The notes below the pieces were generated by a model. It made no database searches and was not told the origin of the DNA. It saw only the letters and a list, made by a program, of their open reading frames with translations. A DNA stretch of 64,000 nucleotides from NCBI GenBank assembly GCA_963815455.1, contig CAWFGO010000003.1, positions 733,782 to 797,781 of the forward strand. The letters are read 5' to 3'. Below are positions 42,523 through 52,489 of the stretch, piece after piece. Positions within the stretch are counted from its first letter, which is position 1. Every line of letters starts with the position of its first letter. The DNA is from an uncultured Verrucomicrobiae bacterium. Its GTDB lineage: Bacteria; Verrucomicrobiota; Verrucomicrobiia; Chthoniobacterales; UBA10450. The translations under genes were made by a program, and so were the position numbers.

Positions 42523-43638
42523 CGGTTGAAACAGCTTCACCACGATCTCGGTCAAAACGAGTTCGTGATCGAGCTGGGTCGTGACGATCTGGAGATTGGC
42601 CTCGAGACAGGCTCGCATCCCATCGATCAACTGGGCGGTTTCGAACCGATGCGCGTTTTGCGCCGCGATGCCGAGCGCATATCCATTGATCGAGCCGTCT
42701 TTTTTCCGGGGCAGATGATCGGTGGCGCCGGCCGGAAGACGATTCAACGCGGAGATGAAATTAAACGGCGCATGCGGCCGCTGGAGTCGATGGCGCTCCA
42801 TCAAATCTTTTGCCAGCAACAAATTCCGGATCGTCGGCACGATGGCCACTAACAAAATGCCAATCGCGCTTTCCCCTTGATCCAGCAATCGCTTGACCAG
42901 TTTGAGCGCGCGATCGAGATCCCGCGCCGCCAGCGCGTTAGCCAGTTCAAAAATAACGCCGGCCCGCGACAGCGGGACCAGCTCGCGCACCTGCTCAATC
43001 GCCACCCGGCGATCTTTCCCGAGAAAGATGTCGATCTTCTCGAGCTCGTTGTCGATCTGGCGGGTGTCGCCGCCGGTGAGCAGCACGAACAAATCGAGCG
43101 CGTCGTCATCGAACTGGACCTTTCTCTTCCCGGCTCGAGTGCGGACGATTTCTGTCGCTTCCTCCTCCCAACCGCCCCGGGTCGAATCGAGCCGTTCGAA
43201 AATCTGGACCTCGGCGCGTTTACCCAGCGTTTTGTAAAACGAGCGACGCTTGTCCACTTCTGTCGCGCTGATCAGGAACGTAACGTCCGCGCCGAGATCG
43301 GCGCTAATCACATCCGCCAATTCCTCCAGCGCGGTTTGAACGCCGGCCGCGCGACCGATCACGGAATCGGCCAGAAAATTCGCGTTCTTGAGCCAGACCA
43401 ATTTCCCGCCGCCGAGAAATGGAATGGTTTGCAGCGCCTCGATTGTCGATCTTATCCGGCCGGCGGCCTGGTCGGCGTTGTCCGCCGCGCCATCGATCAC
43501 TTCCAACCCGAAATCGCCCGCGCCCGGTGGCGTCAATTTCTCGGCCAGCTCCGCGGCGGCGCGTTTCACCTCCGATTCATCGGAGCCGACGATCGCGTGA
43601 ATTCTGGCGTCCGCACTTTTCGCTTTCGCTTTCGGCAT
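42511..43638 (-). CDS. holA: DNA polymerase III subunit delta
   Basis: TIPFLGGGKLVWLK, DKRRSFYK, NELEKI and IFELANAL. Confidence 0.9.
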   Translation of the reverse strand: MPKAKAKSADARIHAIVGSDESEVKRAAAELAEKLTPPGAGDFGLEVIDGAADNADQAAGRIRSTIEALQTIPFLGGGKLVWLKNANFLADSVIGRAAGVQTALEELADVISADLGADVTFLISATEVDKRRSFYKTLGKRAEVQIFERLDSTRGGWEEEATEIVRTRAGKRKVQFDDDALDLFVLLTGGDTRQIDNELEKIDIFLGKDRRVAIEQVRELVPLSRAGVIFELANALAARDLDRALKLVKRLLDQGESAIGILLVAIVPTIRNLLLAKDLMERHRLQRPHAPFNFISALNRLPAGATDHLPRKKDGSINGYALGIAAQNAHRFETAQLIDGMRACLEANLQIVTTQLDHELVLTEIVVKLFQPPSS

Positions 43639-43692
43639 GGCCTGAATTTCATCGCATTGCGCGGTCGCGATTACAAGACTACTGAAACAGTC

Positions 43693-44097
43693 ATGCCCGC
43701 CTCCGATCCAATCAGCGACGAAATCCGCCTGGTTTTGGAAACGATCAACCGCGCATGGCTGAGCGGTAATCCCGATGCGGTCGGGCTCGCCCTCAAGTCA
43801 TGTTTTCATCCGGACATGGTGATCAAGGACTGCAAGTTGAAAACTGCCGCCGAGGGACGCGATGCCTGCGTGCAAAGCTACGTCGAATTTGTTCGGCAGG
43901 CGCGAGTGTCGGCGTTTGAGCAGGGCCAGCCCGATATCCGTGTTTTCGGTGACTCGGTCATCGCCAGCTACAATTGGCGAATTGCCTACTCGCTCGAGGG
44001 CGCCGACTGCGACGAGCGCGGCGCCGATATTTTCGTCTTTGTGCGGGCAGATGGAAAATGGCTGGCGGTCTGGCGAGCAATGCTCACCGGCGATTGA
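43693..44097 (+). CDS. NTF2-like (DUF4440) protein
   Basis: FHPDMV, GRDACV.SY, IRVFGD and DIFVFVR.DGKWLAVWR. Confidence 0.8.
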   Translation: MPASDPISDEIRLVLETINRAWLSGNPDAVGLALKSCFHPDMVIKDCKLKTAAEGRDACVQSYVEFVRQARVSAFEQGQPDIRVFGDSVIASYNWRIAYSLEGADCDERGADIFVFVRADGKWLAVWRAMLTGD

Positions 44098-44149
44098 ATT
44101 CGCGTGCGCTTCCAGCCTATGGACATCGGCAGGATGCCGATGCCACCCA

Positions 44150-45064
44150 TCACTCGTCGTTGACCTGCTGCAGCGACGTTCCGAAATCTTTCGCGGCGTA
44201 TTCGCGGAATTTTTCTTCCAGCATCGCCGGGCTCGAAAAAGATCCGGCATAACTGCGCGCGAGTGCGGTTTCGAACGGCTGATGCCGGGCGAGTGAATCG
44301 AGCAAGCTGAGAAAACTTCGCTTGTCGGTGGTGGCGAGAAAGCGGACCAGCCGCTCCGATTCGTCGTAAAAGGTCTCGACCCGATCGGAAGGAGGCTGGG
44401 TCGCCGCCAGAAGAACCGGGAGCGGAATCAATTGTTCGGCAGCGATGGCCTGCGAATGCGGTTTGGCGATGTAACCACGAGCGCGTTGATAACTGGCGTG
44501 GGCTGCCTTGGAAATATATTGAGCCAGACCCTCGTTCAACCAACACGGAACGCCGTCGGGATAAAGGCGATGAACCACCAGATGAACGATCTCGTGTCCC
44601 AGAATGTTGTTGCTGAATTTGTAGGCCGGATTGCGTTTGATGAAGAGGCTGCCCATGGAGTGGATCCCTCCCGTCCACTTCTCGAGTTTGCCGAAACTCT
44701 GGAATTGCTGCCATTCTTCCGGCCGCTCGAAAATATAGATGTGCGATTTGACGTCGCCGGCGGGTTGCTCGCGCTCCAGTGTTTGGGCCACGACTCGATA
44801 ATGAAACTCCGCCTCCACCGAAATGGGCGTGGCCACGTAACTGTGAACGAAATGATAAATGAAATGCTCGGTCTCGCCGTGTTTCCATTGCTCCGGCTGA
44901 ATGGCGAGGGCTTTTTCACCCAGCGGATTCGGATCGCGCTGGCTCAACTGTGAAAATTCCACTTCGGGCAGCGCGCTCAACCCGCCCGCGATCGATAGAT
45001 CTTCGGCAGCCGCGCGAAGGATCGACATCGTCGCCAAGCAAAGAACGATCGAGATCAAACGCAT
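44150..45064 (-). CDS. Secreted peptidase MA-like (HExxH) protein
   Basis: LGHEIVH and PCWLNEGLAQY. Confidence 0.75.
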   Translation of the reverse strand: MRLISIVLCLATMSILRAAAEDLSIAGGLSALPEVEFSQLSQRDPNPLGEKALAIQPEQWKHGETEHFIYHFVHSYVATPISVEAEFHYRVVAQTLEREQPAGDVKSHIYIFERPEEWQQFQSFGKLEKWTGGIHSMGSLFIKRNPAYKFSNNILGHEIVHLVVHRLYPDGVPCWLNEGLAQYISKAAHASYQRARGYIAKPHSQAIAAEQLIPLPVLLAATQPPSDRVETFYDESERLVRFLATTDKRSFLSLLDSLARHQPFETALARSYAGSFSSPAMLEEKFREYAAKDFGTSLQQVNDE

Positions 45065-45112
45065 TGCTCTCTGCCAGAGCTAATTTCGTGCGAGAGATAA
45101 GGCCTGTACGAT

Positions 45113-46150
45113 CTACTTAACCGCCACCCACTCGTTGCGGGCGCGCGATTCGGCCACGGCTTGCACCACCCGCATGTAACGAACGCCCTCTTCGAAATCC
45201 GGATGCGGCCGGACGCGCCCCTTCGATTTCACCGCGGCGATGAAATCGTCTTCCACATGCCACCCGCCTTCCATGTCGGGCGGAAGATCGATCACGTGCA
45301 AAGCTCTGTCGCCCACCCGGCCGGCTTGAACGATGTCGGTGCCAAAATCATAAACGAGCGCGCCTACCGAGCCGTAAATTTCCAGCCGATCGCCCGTCGC
45401 CAGCGCGTTGATGCCGCTAAACTCGAGCACGCCCTCCGCGCCATTGGCAAAGCTGCACAGAACCGTAAGCAGATCGGGAACCTGCACCTCGTAACCCTGC
45501 CGATCCGAATGCAGCGTCTTTCCTCGGGCGAAAACGCCGGTGATATCGCCGAGCCAGCGTTGCAATACTTCGACATAAATTCCCAGCGTCATCACATTGA
45601 GCCCGCTGATCTCGATCCTCTGCCGCCAATGCGCCGGCGCCTCGGGATCCAAATAATTGCCGGTGAAACTCTGCAGCCGCACGTGATGCGGACGGCCAAT
45701 GTAATCCTCGGCCAAAAGTTTTTTCACCTGCAAATCGGCGCGCAATCCATACGGCGGCGGGCAAAGCATCGTCACCAGATCTGGATAGCGCCTGGAAGCA
45801 GCGAACATTTCCTCCGCCTCCGCCAGATCCATCGCCATTCGGGCCTGACAAAAAACATGTTTGCCGGCTTCGAGCGCGGACACCGTTACCGCCGAATGCA
45901 TGTAGGGCGGCGTGCCGATCCAGACGATATCGAGATCGGGAAGCGCCAGCAGATCGGCCCAATTCCGCATCGGCGTCGCCTGGGGCACGTTTTCCTGGCA
46001 AAACTTCTCCGCGCTCTCGTAGGTCGAATTGGAAACGGCGACAATCTCGACATCCGGGCTCCGTTTCAGCGCCGGTAAATGACGGGTCCGGACAATATTG
46101 CCGGCCCCGACCATGCCAATTCGTAACTTGTGATTATTTTTTTGCGTCAT
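45113..46150 (-). CDS. Gfo/Idh/MocA family oxidoreductase
   Basis: IGMVGAG, DIVWIGTPPYMH and ALEAGKHVFCQ. Confidence 0.92.
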   Translation of the reverse strand: MTQKNNHKLRIGMVGAGNIVRTRHLPALKRSPDVEIVAVSNSTYESAEKFCQENVPQATPMRNWADLLALPDLDIVWIGTPPYMHSAVTVSALEAGKHVFCQARMAMDLAEAEEMFAASRRYPDLVTMLCPPPYGLRADLQVKKLLAEDYIGRPHHVRLQSFTGNYLDPEAPAHWRQRIEISGLNVMTLGIYVEVLQRWLGDITGVFARGKTLHSDRQGYEVQVPDLLTVLCSFANGAEGVLEFSGINALATGDRLEIYGSVGALVYDFGTDIVQAGRVGDRALHVIDLPPDMEGGWHVEDDFIAAVKSKGRVRPHPDFEEGVRYMRVVQAVAESRARNEWVAVK

Positions 46151-46350
46151 GCTTGAGATTCAATTGTCGATCTTGCGAGTTTGGCCGCGCTTTAGGCGAG
46201 ACAAATTTGACAGCCAACCTCATTAGGCGTTCAACGCTGCCAGAATTACAGGCGTGCCGCGGTCGCCGCCCGCGGCTACAACGGGAAGCCAGCGAAGAAT
46301 CGCTTGACCGAAACGCCGGAACGCGGCACTGTCCCCGACTTTTTCGAGTC

Positions 46351-46611
46351 ATGAAAGTTTGCAGCATTACCGGAGCCAGGCCATCCCGCGGAAGCATTAT
46401 TCACCGGCGCGGCATGGCCAAAAAGAAGGGCGGCGTCGGCCGTCACGTCACCAAGAACGTGCCCCGCGTGTTTTCGCCAAATTTGCATACGCATCGGGTC
46501 TGGGTGCCGGAGTTGAAAAAATCTATTAGCGTTCGGGTTACCGCGCGCGGCCTGAAAACGATCAATAAGAACGGCGCCTATCGGGCGTTGAAGAAAGCCG
46601 GCGTAATTTAG
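46351..46611 (+). CDS. rpmB: 50S ribosomal protein L28
   Basis: MKVCSITG, R.F.PNL, VWVPEL and VTARGLKTI.KNG. Confidence 0.93.
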   Translation: MKVCSITGARPSRGSIIHRRGMAKKKGGVGRHVTKNVPRVFSPNLHTHRVWVPELKKSISVRVTARGLKTINKNGAYRALKKAGVI

Positions 46612-46658
46612 CGCGCGGCCGGGCTGCGCTGATCACTTCCCGGTTGGGTAGCGCACAG

Positions 46659-48165
46659 CTATCCGCCGCCGATTTCTGCTTCGGGACTTAACGCCTGTTG
46701 TGCGGGCTCGTCTTGCTGTCCGTCTGGCGCGGGGGTTTTTTCTGCGGCGGACACAGCCGCCCCTACACTTCTTGTTTTTCCTCGCGGCAAATCGAGCGAG
46801 CCGTCGTTGAACTCGATTACGTAGCCCTCACGGATCAGCCAATGCAAATCCGACGCCAGCGCCAGCTTGCGCGATTCAACACCTTCCGCCGCCGCATCGC
46901 CAATTAACTTGTCCGCCAGTTCCTTGCGACCCATCCGAGGCGCTGCGGTCAATGCCGCAAGAATCGCATTTACGGTCGGCGAAACTCCGGCTTGCTCGTG
47001 AACAAACGCCCGGACGCGCACCGGCGAAACGAACAACATGCCGCGTCGATGCCGGAAAATGTTGAGCCCGGACTCGCGGAATTGCCCGGCCAATTCCTGC
47101 ATCATGTTCGACGGCGATCGGATCTCGATTGCCCAGGCATCCTCAATCGCGCGATGCATCCCGCGATCGGGAAGCCGCCGGCTGGGAACGCCGCCGATCG
47201 TGAGCTCGGTCACGCTGCGAACCAGATCGGGCAAATAATTTGCTCGAAAATGCCGTTCCGCTTCCGTGGCCGATGAAAATGTCTGCGGCGTCTCCTCGCG
47301 CAGCGTCGTGTAGGTCGTGATCCTCTGGGTTTCTTCTTTCCAACGTTCGACCAGCGCCGGGTCGTTCACGATCTCAATCTGCCGCTGGTAATCGGCAAAG
47401 CTCATGCGCCGGCTAAAACGCTGTTCGTACAACGTGCGCAACCGCGGTTGGTAAGCGTGATAGTTTGTCGGACCCAGCAGCGTCCCGCTCAATCGATCTC
47501 GCGCGACGCTGGTGAAATTTCCCTTGATCGGGTTCGCCCTGGGTGATATCGATCTTGTAAAAATCTCCCTGGGCCAGACGAAACCCGTCCCGCTCGAGAA
47601 CCTGCCGGTCCGTGCTCACCGCGCCGTTCTCGCCGAGCTGGAAAACAGGCGACTCCGGTTTCACCGTCAAACGGACCTCGTACCGTTCCGGCTTTTCCAG
47701 AAACAACCGGGCCAGATGAAACAGCGAATAGGAAACTAATCCCGACTTGATTTGTGCAACCACGCTATCCAACACCGGTGAACGCGGCAAAAAACGCACC
47801 CCAATATCAAGCGCAACCGGGCGCGGAGCCTCCTGGCGGTGCTCCCGATGTCGATCCTGTTGACCACGCTCGGGCCGGCGCCCCCGGGTCCGAGGCGGAC
47901 CGCCACCATCGCGCCCTCCCTTGCCCGGCGAATCAGCTCTTCTGCCCTTGGATGTTGGACGTTGGGCGCCTGCCATTGGACGGCCCCGAATTCTTTCGGG
48001 GTTGGACGTTGAGCGTTTGCCCCTTCCCCCACCCCTCCGGCCCTCTTCCCGCATTCCCTCGTCGCCCGTGTAATGATCGTAGCTCTTCGCCCCGGTCTCT
48101 TTCACCCAGGCGGGCAGAAGTTTCAGATCGAGCAGATCGGCGGAGAGCGGCGACTCGGGCGGCAT
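46659..48165 (-). CDS. Hypothetical protein; frameshift near 47530
   Basis: ORFs 47413-48174 and 46659-47492 join through GEP-IKGNFTSVARDRLSGTLLGPTNYH. Confidence 0.7.
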
Positions 48166-48504
48166 GGGGAACATCTGTACGCCGGGAACACGATTCGCAC
48201 AATTTGTGGCGCGTCTGCCGCCTCGATTTCAGTAAGAGTAGCCGGACAACCATTTCCAGGTAGGGACATCTTTCCAAGATGTCCGACAAATTTCGCTGTG
48301 CGCTGCGGGCGAGTCCCGGCAAAGTTACGGACGCCCTCGCCACGGCGAGTCTTCGACCGGAGGCGCGTCCCTACCTGAATTGGAAAATCGCAGGAGGAAG
48401 CGCCCGAAATCGATTGACAACCCGGCTAATTCTTTTACTTGCGTTGCTGCGGTCGGACTGCTTTATGTTGGCCGCAGGCAAAGAACTCCAACCAAACACA
48501 TTTT

Positions 48505-48777
48505 ATGGCCGACAAATCAATCGAAGAAAAAGTTAAGGACATCATCGTCGAACAGCTCGGCGTTAATCCCGAGCAGGTAACAGAGAAAGCGTCCTTTATC
48601 GAGGACCTGGGCGCGGATTCGCTCGACATCGTGGAGTTGGTGATGGCTTTTGAGGAAGAATTTGGCGTGGAAGTTCCGGACGAAGATGCAGAGAAACTGC
48701 AAAACGTCGGTGACGTCATCAATTATATTAAAGAACGCGCCAAATCGGGTGGCGGCGAAGCCGGCGGCGGATCGTAA
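48505..48777 (+). CDS. acpP: Acyl carrier protein
   Basis: [20 protein letters not shown]. Confidence 0.97.
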   Translation: MADKSIEEKVKDIIVEQLGVNPEQVTEKASFIEDLGADSLDIVELVMAFEEEFGVEVPDEDAEKLQNVGDVINYIKERAKSGGGEAGGGS

Positions 48778-49002
48778 TCTGTAGCCGCCGGCGCTGACCG
48801 CGGCCGCCGTTGCTTGGTGTAGGGGCGCCCGTGTCGGGCGCAATAATTCAGATCTGCGGGCGACACGCCCGCCACTACACCGTAGCCGCGGGCGCCATGG
48901 ATTCGGAGGGACGTGCTTCTGCACGTCCGGGATCTGGGGAACCAGGTCCCTCCGTCTAATCGCCGGTTGCGAACCCGCGCAACCCGCCCAGACTAACAGC
49001 CG

Positions 49003-50112
49003 ATGCCGTCGTTTGATTTAAGTCTGCTTCAAAAACCGGTGCTGCGCGCTTTCGGGCACGACATCTCGGTGCTGGGCTTGATCGCGTTCGGCGCCCTCCT
49101 GACCGCCGGGCTTCTTCTTGCCCGCGTCTTCCAAAGCGACGCGGTCCGCCGTTTTCTCAGCCGGTTCAAGATCGAGGACAACTTGATCGCGATCTTCACC
49201 ACCATCCTCAGCCTTGGCTCGCTGGTTTTCTTTACCATGAGCGCGGTAAACGCCGCCGGCATTCCCCTTTCCTGGGACGCGCCCATTGCCGGCATCAAGC
49301 TCAGCCTGGTCCAGATTTTTCTCCTCTGCGGCTTGCTCATTGCGGTGTTCTGGCTCGCCTCGCGCACCAAGCATTTTCTCTTTAACCAACTACTCAAGCG
49401 AAGCGGCCTCGCCCGCCCGCTTCGTTACGCCATTTCTCAAATCGTCAGCAACATCGTGCTGATCGTCGGGATCTTTATCATCCTCGATAACGCCGGCATC
49501 CATCTCGGGACATTGACTGTTTTCGCCGGCGCCGTCGGCGTCGGTGTCGGGTTCGGTTTACAAAATATCGCCAGCAATTTCATCAGCGGCCTGGTCATTC
49601 TGGCCGAACGCCCCATCACCATCGGCGACCGGGTCGATGTCGCGGGCGTCGCCGGTCAGGTAAAAGAAATCCGGGCCCGGAGCACGGTGATTCTTACCAA
49701 CGACAACATCACCATGATCGTGCCCAACACGAAATTCATCGACTCGACCGTGACCAACTGGACCTATGGCGACCCGCGGGTCCGGTTCCGCATTCCAGTC
49801 GGAGTCGCTTACGGAAGCGATTTGGAAAAAGCCTGCGCCGCCTTGATGTCCGCCGCCGCGGAAAATCCAAACACGTTGAAAGATCCGCCGCCCACGGTTT
49901 TCTTCGACAAGTTCGGCGATAACGCCTTGGAATTGGAAATGGTGGTCTGGAGCAGCGAGATGAGTTACCGGCCCCGGAGTTACCGGAGCGACCTCAATTT
50001 CGCCATCGAACGAAAACTGCGCGAAGCCGGCATCGAGATCGCCTTCCCCCAGCGCGACATCCATATCCGCAGCGGCGTCTTAAAAGTCGAAGCCAGCGAT
50101 CTGGAAAAATAA
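49003..50112 (+). CDS. Small-conductance mechanosensitive channel family protein
   Basis: GVGFGLQNIASNFISG, IVPN and GIEIAFPQRD. Confidence 0.92.
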   Translation: MPSFDLSLLQKPVLRAFGHDISVLGLIAFGALLTAGLLLARVFQSDAVRRFLSRFKIEDNLIAIFTTILSLGSLVFFTMSAVNAAGIPLSWDAPIAGIKLSLVQIFLLCGLLIAVFWLASRTKHFLFNQLLKRSGLARPLRYAISQIVSNIVLIVGIFIILDNAGIHLGTLTVFAGAVGVGVGFGLQNIASNFISGLVILAERPITIGDRVDVAGVAGQVKEIRARSTVILTNDNITMIVPNTKFIDSTVTNWTYGDPRVRFRIPVGVAYGSDLEKACAALMSAAAENPNTLKDPPPTVFFDKFGDNALELEMVVWSSEMSYRPRSYRSDLNFAIERKLREAGIEIAFPQRDIHIRSGVLKVEASDLEK

Positions 50113-50193
50113 CTGTTGAGGGTCGTTGGTTGAGCGCTGAGGGACACTTATCGACGATTGAAAGTTCCATGTTCGGCGTTGTAGAACGAGAAC

Positions 50194-50304
50194 ATGTTTA
50201 ACTTTGAAAACTCGATGTCTGGCAGGAAGCGATTGAGTTCGCCGACCTAATTTATCAACTCACCAGCGGCTTCCCTGGCGAAGAGCGCTTTGGCCTAACC
50301 AGTG
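50194..50304 (+). pseudogene. Truncated four-helix-bundle protein (23S rRNA IVS protein/TIGR02436-like)
   Basis: With one A restored it reads [37 protein letters not shown], then is cut off by GTAG repeats. Confidence 0.8.
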
Positions 50305-50310
50305 CTCATC

Positions 50311-50433
50311 TGTAGCGGCGGTCTCCGACCGTCGATCTCTTGATCTGTAGGGGAAGCTGACACCTTCCCGTCGTTTCGCCCCTGTAGCGGCGGTCTGCCT
50401 GTCGCGCTGTAGCGGCGGTCTCCCGACCGTCGA
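50311..50433. repeat. Cluster of GTAG REP-like repeats (TGTAGCGGCGGTCT..GACCGTCG)
   Basis: Copies near 50311, 50383 and 50408; another at 50853-50878; related elements at 40071-40138, 48259-48375, 48780-48880 and 62800-62862. Confidence 0.75.
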
Positions 50434-50479
50434 AACGTCTCCCTCAGCCCTCAACCGTTCCAAAGCGCAGAGCTGGGGC

Positions 50480-50605
50480 GCAAAAAGGCAAGGGTGAATG
50501 GCAAAAAGGCAGAGTTTAACCGGAAAAGTGCAGGCCTGAATGGCAAAAAGGCAGGATTCTGGCGTAAAAAGGCAAGCTTCAAGCGAAAAAAGGCAGGCTT
50601 TTGAG
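50480..50605. repeat. Degenerate 21-bp tandem repeat, six units (core GCAAAAAGGCAG)
   Basis: Units start at 50480, 50501, 50522, 50543, 50564 and 50585. Confidence 0.8.
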
Positions 50606-50928
50606 GTCCAGGTGCAGGCCGGAACCTTCCAGGCCTGGGCCCAAGCCCCTCAAATTCAGAGCCCATCCGTTCAGCACAATGGCTAAGTCGTTCAGCCTCA
50701 ATCCTCTCAACCAAAAACGCTCAACCACTTCCTCTCCCTCAACACTCACTGCTCTCCTGTCATCCCGTCGCAGACTCGCCGTGGCGAGAGCGAAGTCGAA
50801 GGATCTCAGTCTATTTTTTTCCTCGCTCATCACAAACCGCTTCCGGAATCGCTGTAGCGGCGGTCTGCGACCGTCGAATATTTCTCAGTTCCTCGAATCC
50901 TTGCCTTCCGGTAACGGATTTGGCATAA

Positions 50929-51958
50929 ATGGCAATCGTGCCGCCGTCCACTGCCACCGTCGCTTCCTCGCCCAAGTTGCTCGACCGCGTTCGCTGGCAA
51001 CTGCGAGTAAAACACTACAGCATTCGTACGGAACAAGCCTACGTAGATTGGATCCGTCGTTACATTCTCTTTCATGGCAAACGCCATCCCGGTGAAATGG
51101 GAGAAGAACAAATCACTCAATTCCTTACCCATCTCGCGGTCGATAAGCACGTCGCAGCTTCCACCCAGAACCAGGCCTTTAGCGCGTTGCTGTTTCTCTA
51201 TCAGCAGGTGCTCGAACGAAAACTCGATTTTATTGATGATGTTCAGCGGGTTAAGCGACCGGCAAAGCTCCCGGTGGTGTTCACCCGGGCGGAAGCTCGC
51301 GATGTGCTTGGGCAACTCAAAGGGGAATACCGCCTGATGGGTGAACTATTGTACGGCGCCGGGCTGCGCCTGATGGAGTGTGTTCGATTGCGCGTCAAAG
51401 ACATCGACTTTGGTTACGGGCATATTCTTGTCCGCGATGGTAAAGGCTTGCGCGATCGCATTACCGTCCTGCCCGAGCGTCTGCGTCGCCCGCTCCAAGT
51501 GCATCTGGAGCGGATCCAGGAGAAGCACGACCGAGACCTGGCCAAGGGTCGCGGGCGGGTTTACCTCCCCTTTGCCCTGGAACGCAAGGTACCGCAACGC
51601 CAATCGTTCCTGGGTATGGCAATATGTATTTCCGGCCGATAAATTGTCGATCGACCCGCGTTCGGGAGAACTGCGTCGGCATCATGTGTTAGAAAAGAAT
51701 CTGCAAAAAGCGGTCAAGATTGCCATCGAGCGAGCGGCCATCAAGAAGGCGGGCAGCTGCCATACCTTTCGGCATAGTTTTGCTACGCATTTACTGGAAA
51801 ATGGCCAGGATATTCGTACTGTGCAGGCATTGCTCGGGCACAAAGACGTATCCACCACCATGATATATACCCATGTCCTAAATAAACCCGGATTGGGTGT
51901 GAGAAGCCCCTTGGACTACGATGCCCCTCCTATGGAAACCCAACCCCGCTCGAAATAG
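50929..51958 (+). CDS. intI: Integron integrase; one extra base near 51588
   Basis: [32 protein letters not shown], the IntI-specific insert [11 protein letters not shown]...[16 protein letters not shown] and [13 protein letters not shown]. Confidence 0.96.
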
Positions 51959-51990
51959 GTGAACAATTGTTCCTCTACTTCTCGTTAGGT
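51959..51990 (+). other. Putative attI / first crossover site (GTTAGGT at 51984-51990)
   Basis: GTTAGGTCTT is the exact complement of AAGACCTAAC at the end of cassette 1, and no attC left arm lies upstream. Confidence 0.65.
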
Positions 51991-51991
51991 C

Positions 51992-52369
51992 TTGAATCTC
52001 CTCGTTCCAGTTATCATTGGGATCGCCGTTGGGCTGCTATTTGCAGTGAGGCGCGGAGCGAAGGCCCGCGACATAGCGCGTTCGCTTTCGCCGGCAGACC
52101 GCCAGTTCATCGCCGATCAGATCGAGCCAATCACGAAGCTGCCACTCAACACAGCTGCAGACGAGGACGCTTGGTTAGCCGCTACACGAGCGGTGATGCA
52201 GCGTTTCAAGGAACGTTTCCCCGATGTTGCTTCGGTTGTGCCTGAGCAGGTATATCACTATTTCGACGATGCGGACATTCACCGGAAAGAGCCGTCATAT
52301 CGCGTTGCCCGCGAGGCACGCATTCTTGAGTTCATTAGATTACTTCGTGAAGAGCCCGCAAAGACCTAA
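51992..52369 (+). CDS. Cassette 1: membrane-anchored hypothetical protein
   Basis: Fills the cassette; its stop TAA lies in the attC1 inverse core. Confidence 0.8.
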   Translation: MNLLVPVIIGIAVGLLFAVRRGAKARDIARSLSPADRQFIADQIEPITKLPLNTAADEDAWLAATRAVMQRFKERFPDVASVVPEQVYHYFDDADIHRKEPSYRVAREARILEFIRLLREEPAKT

Positions 52370-52487
52370 CCAATCGCTCCAGCCAACCGCTGGCCGTTCT
52401 GATGAGTAGCTTTTCCATGACTTCAACATTAAACTCCGCGGCAAAGCTCGCTATCGCCAGCGGTGGCTGAGCTTTTTCTCGTTAGGT
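52364..52487 (+). other. attC1 (124 bp)
   Basis: ACCTAAC...GTTAGGT with paired arms CAGCCAACCGCTGGC / GCCAGCGGTGGCTG. Confidence 0.93.
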
Positions 52488-52489
52488 CT

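Noticed and set aside
30296..44097. Long antisense ORFs (e.g. 30296-31777, 37573-38610, 38991-40097, 5' part of 42877-44097)
   Set aside because: They overlap well-supported genes on the other strand, as expected from high-GC codon bias.
50194..50304. Diversity-generating retroelement (four-helix-bundle proteins resemble Avd)
   Set aside because: No reverse transcriptase and no TR/VR pair with adenine-specific mismatches were seen; the ORF is a truncated remnant.
50293..50310. GCCTAAC as an extra attC or attI upstream of intI
   Set aside because: It is the GLT codons of the four-helix-bundle remnant and has no matching arm or GTTRRRY partner.
50929..51958. intI as a pseudogene or programmed frameshift
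   Set aside because: There is a single extra G with no slippery motif, in an assembly full of similar indels; this cannot be decided from the sequence.
51961..51972. GAACAATTGTTC as a LexA box controlling intI
   Set aside because: Half-site order and spacing differ from the TGTTC-N4-GAACA motif I recall for Verrucomicrobia, and it lies downstream of intI.
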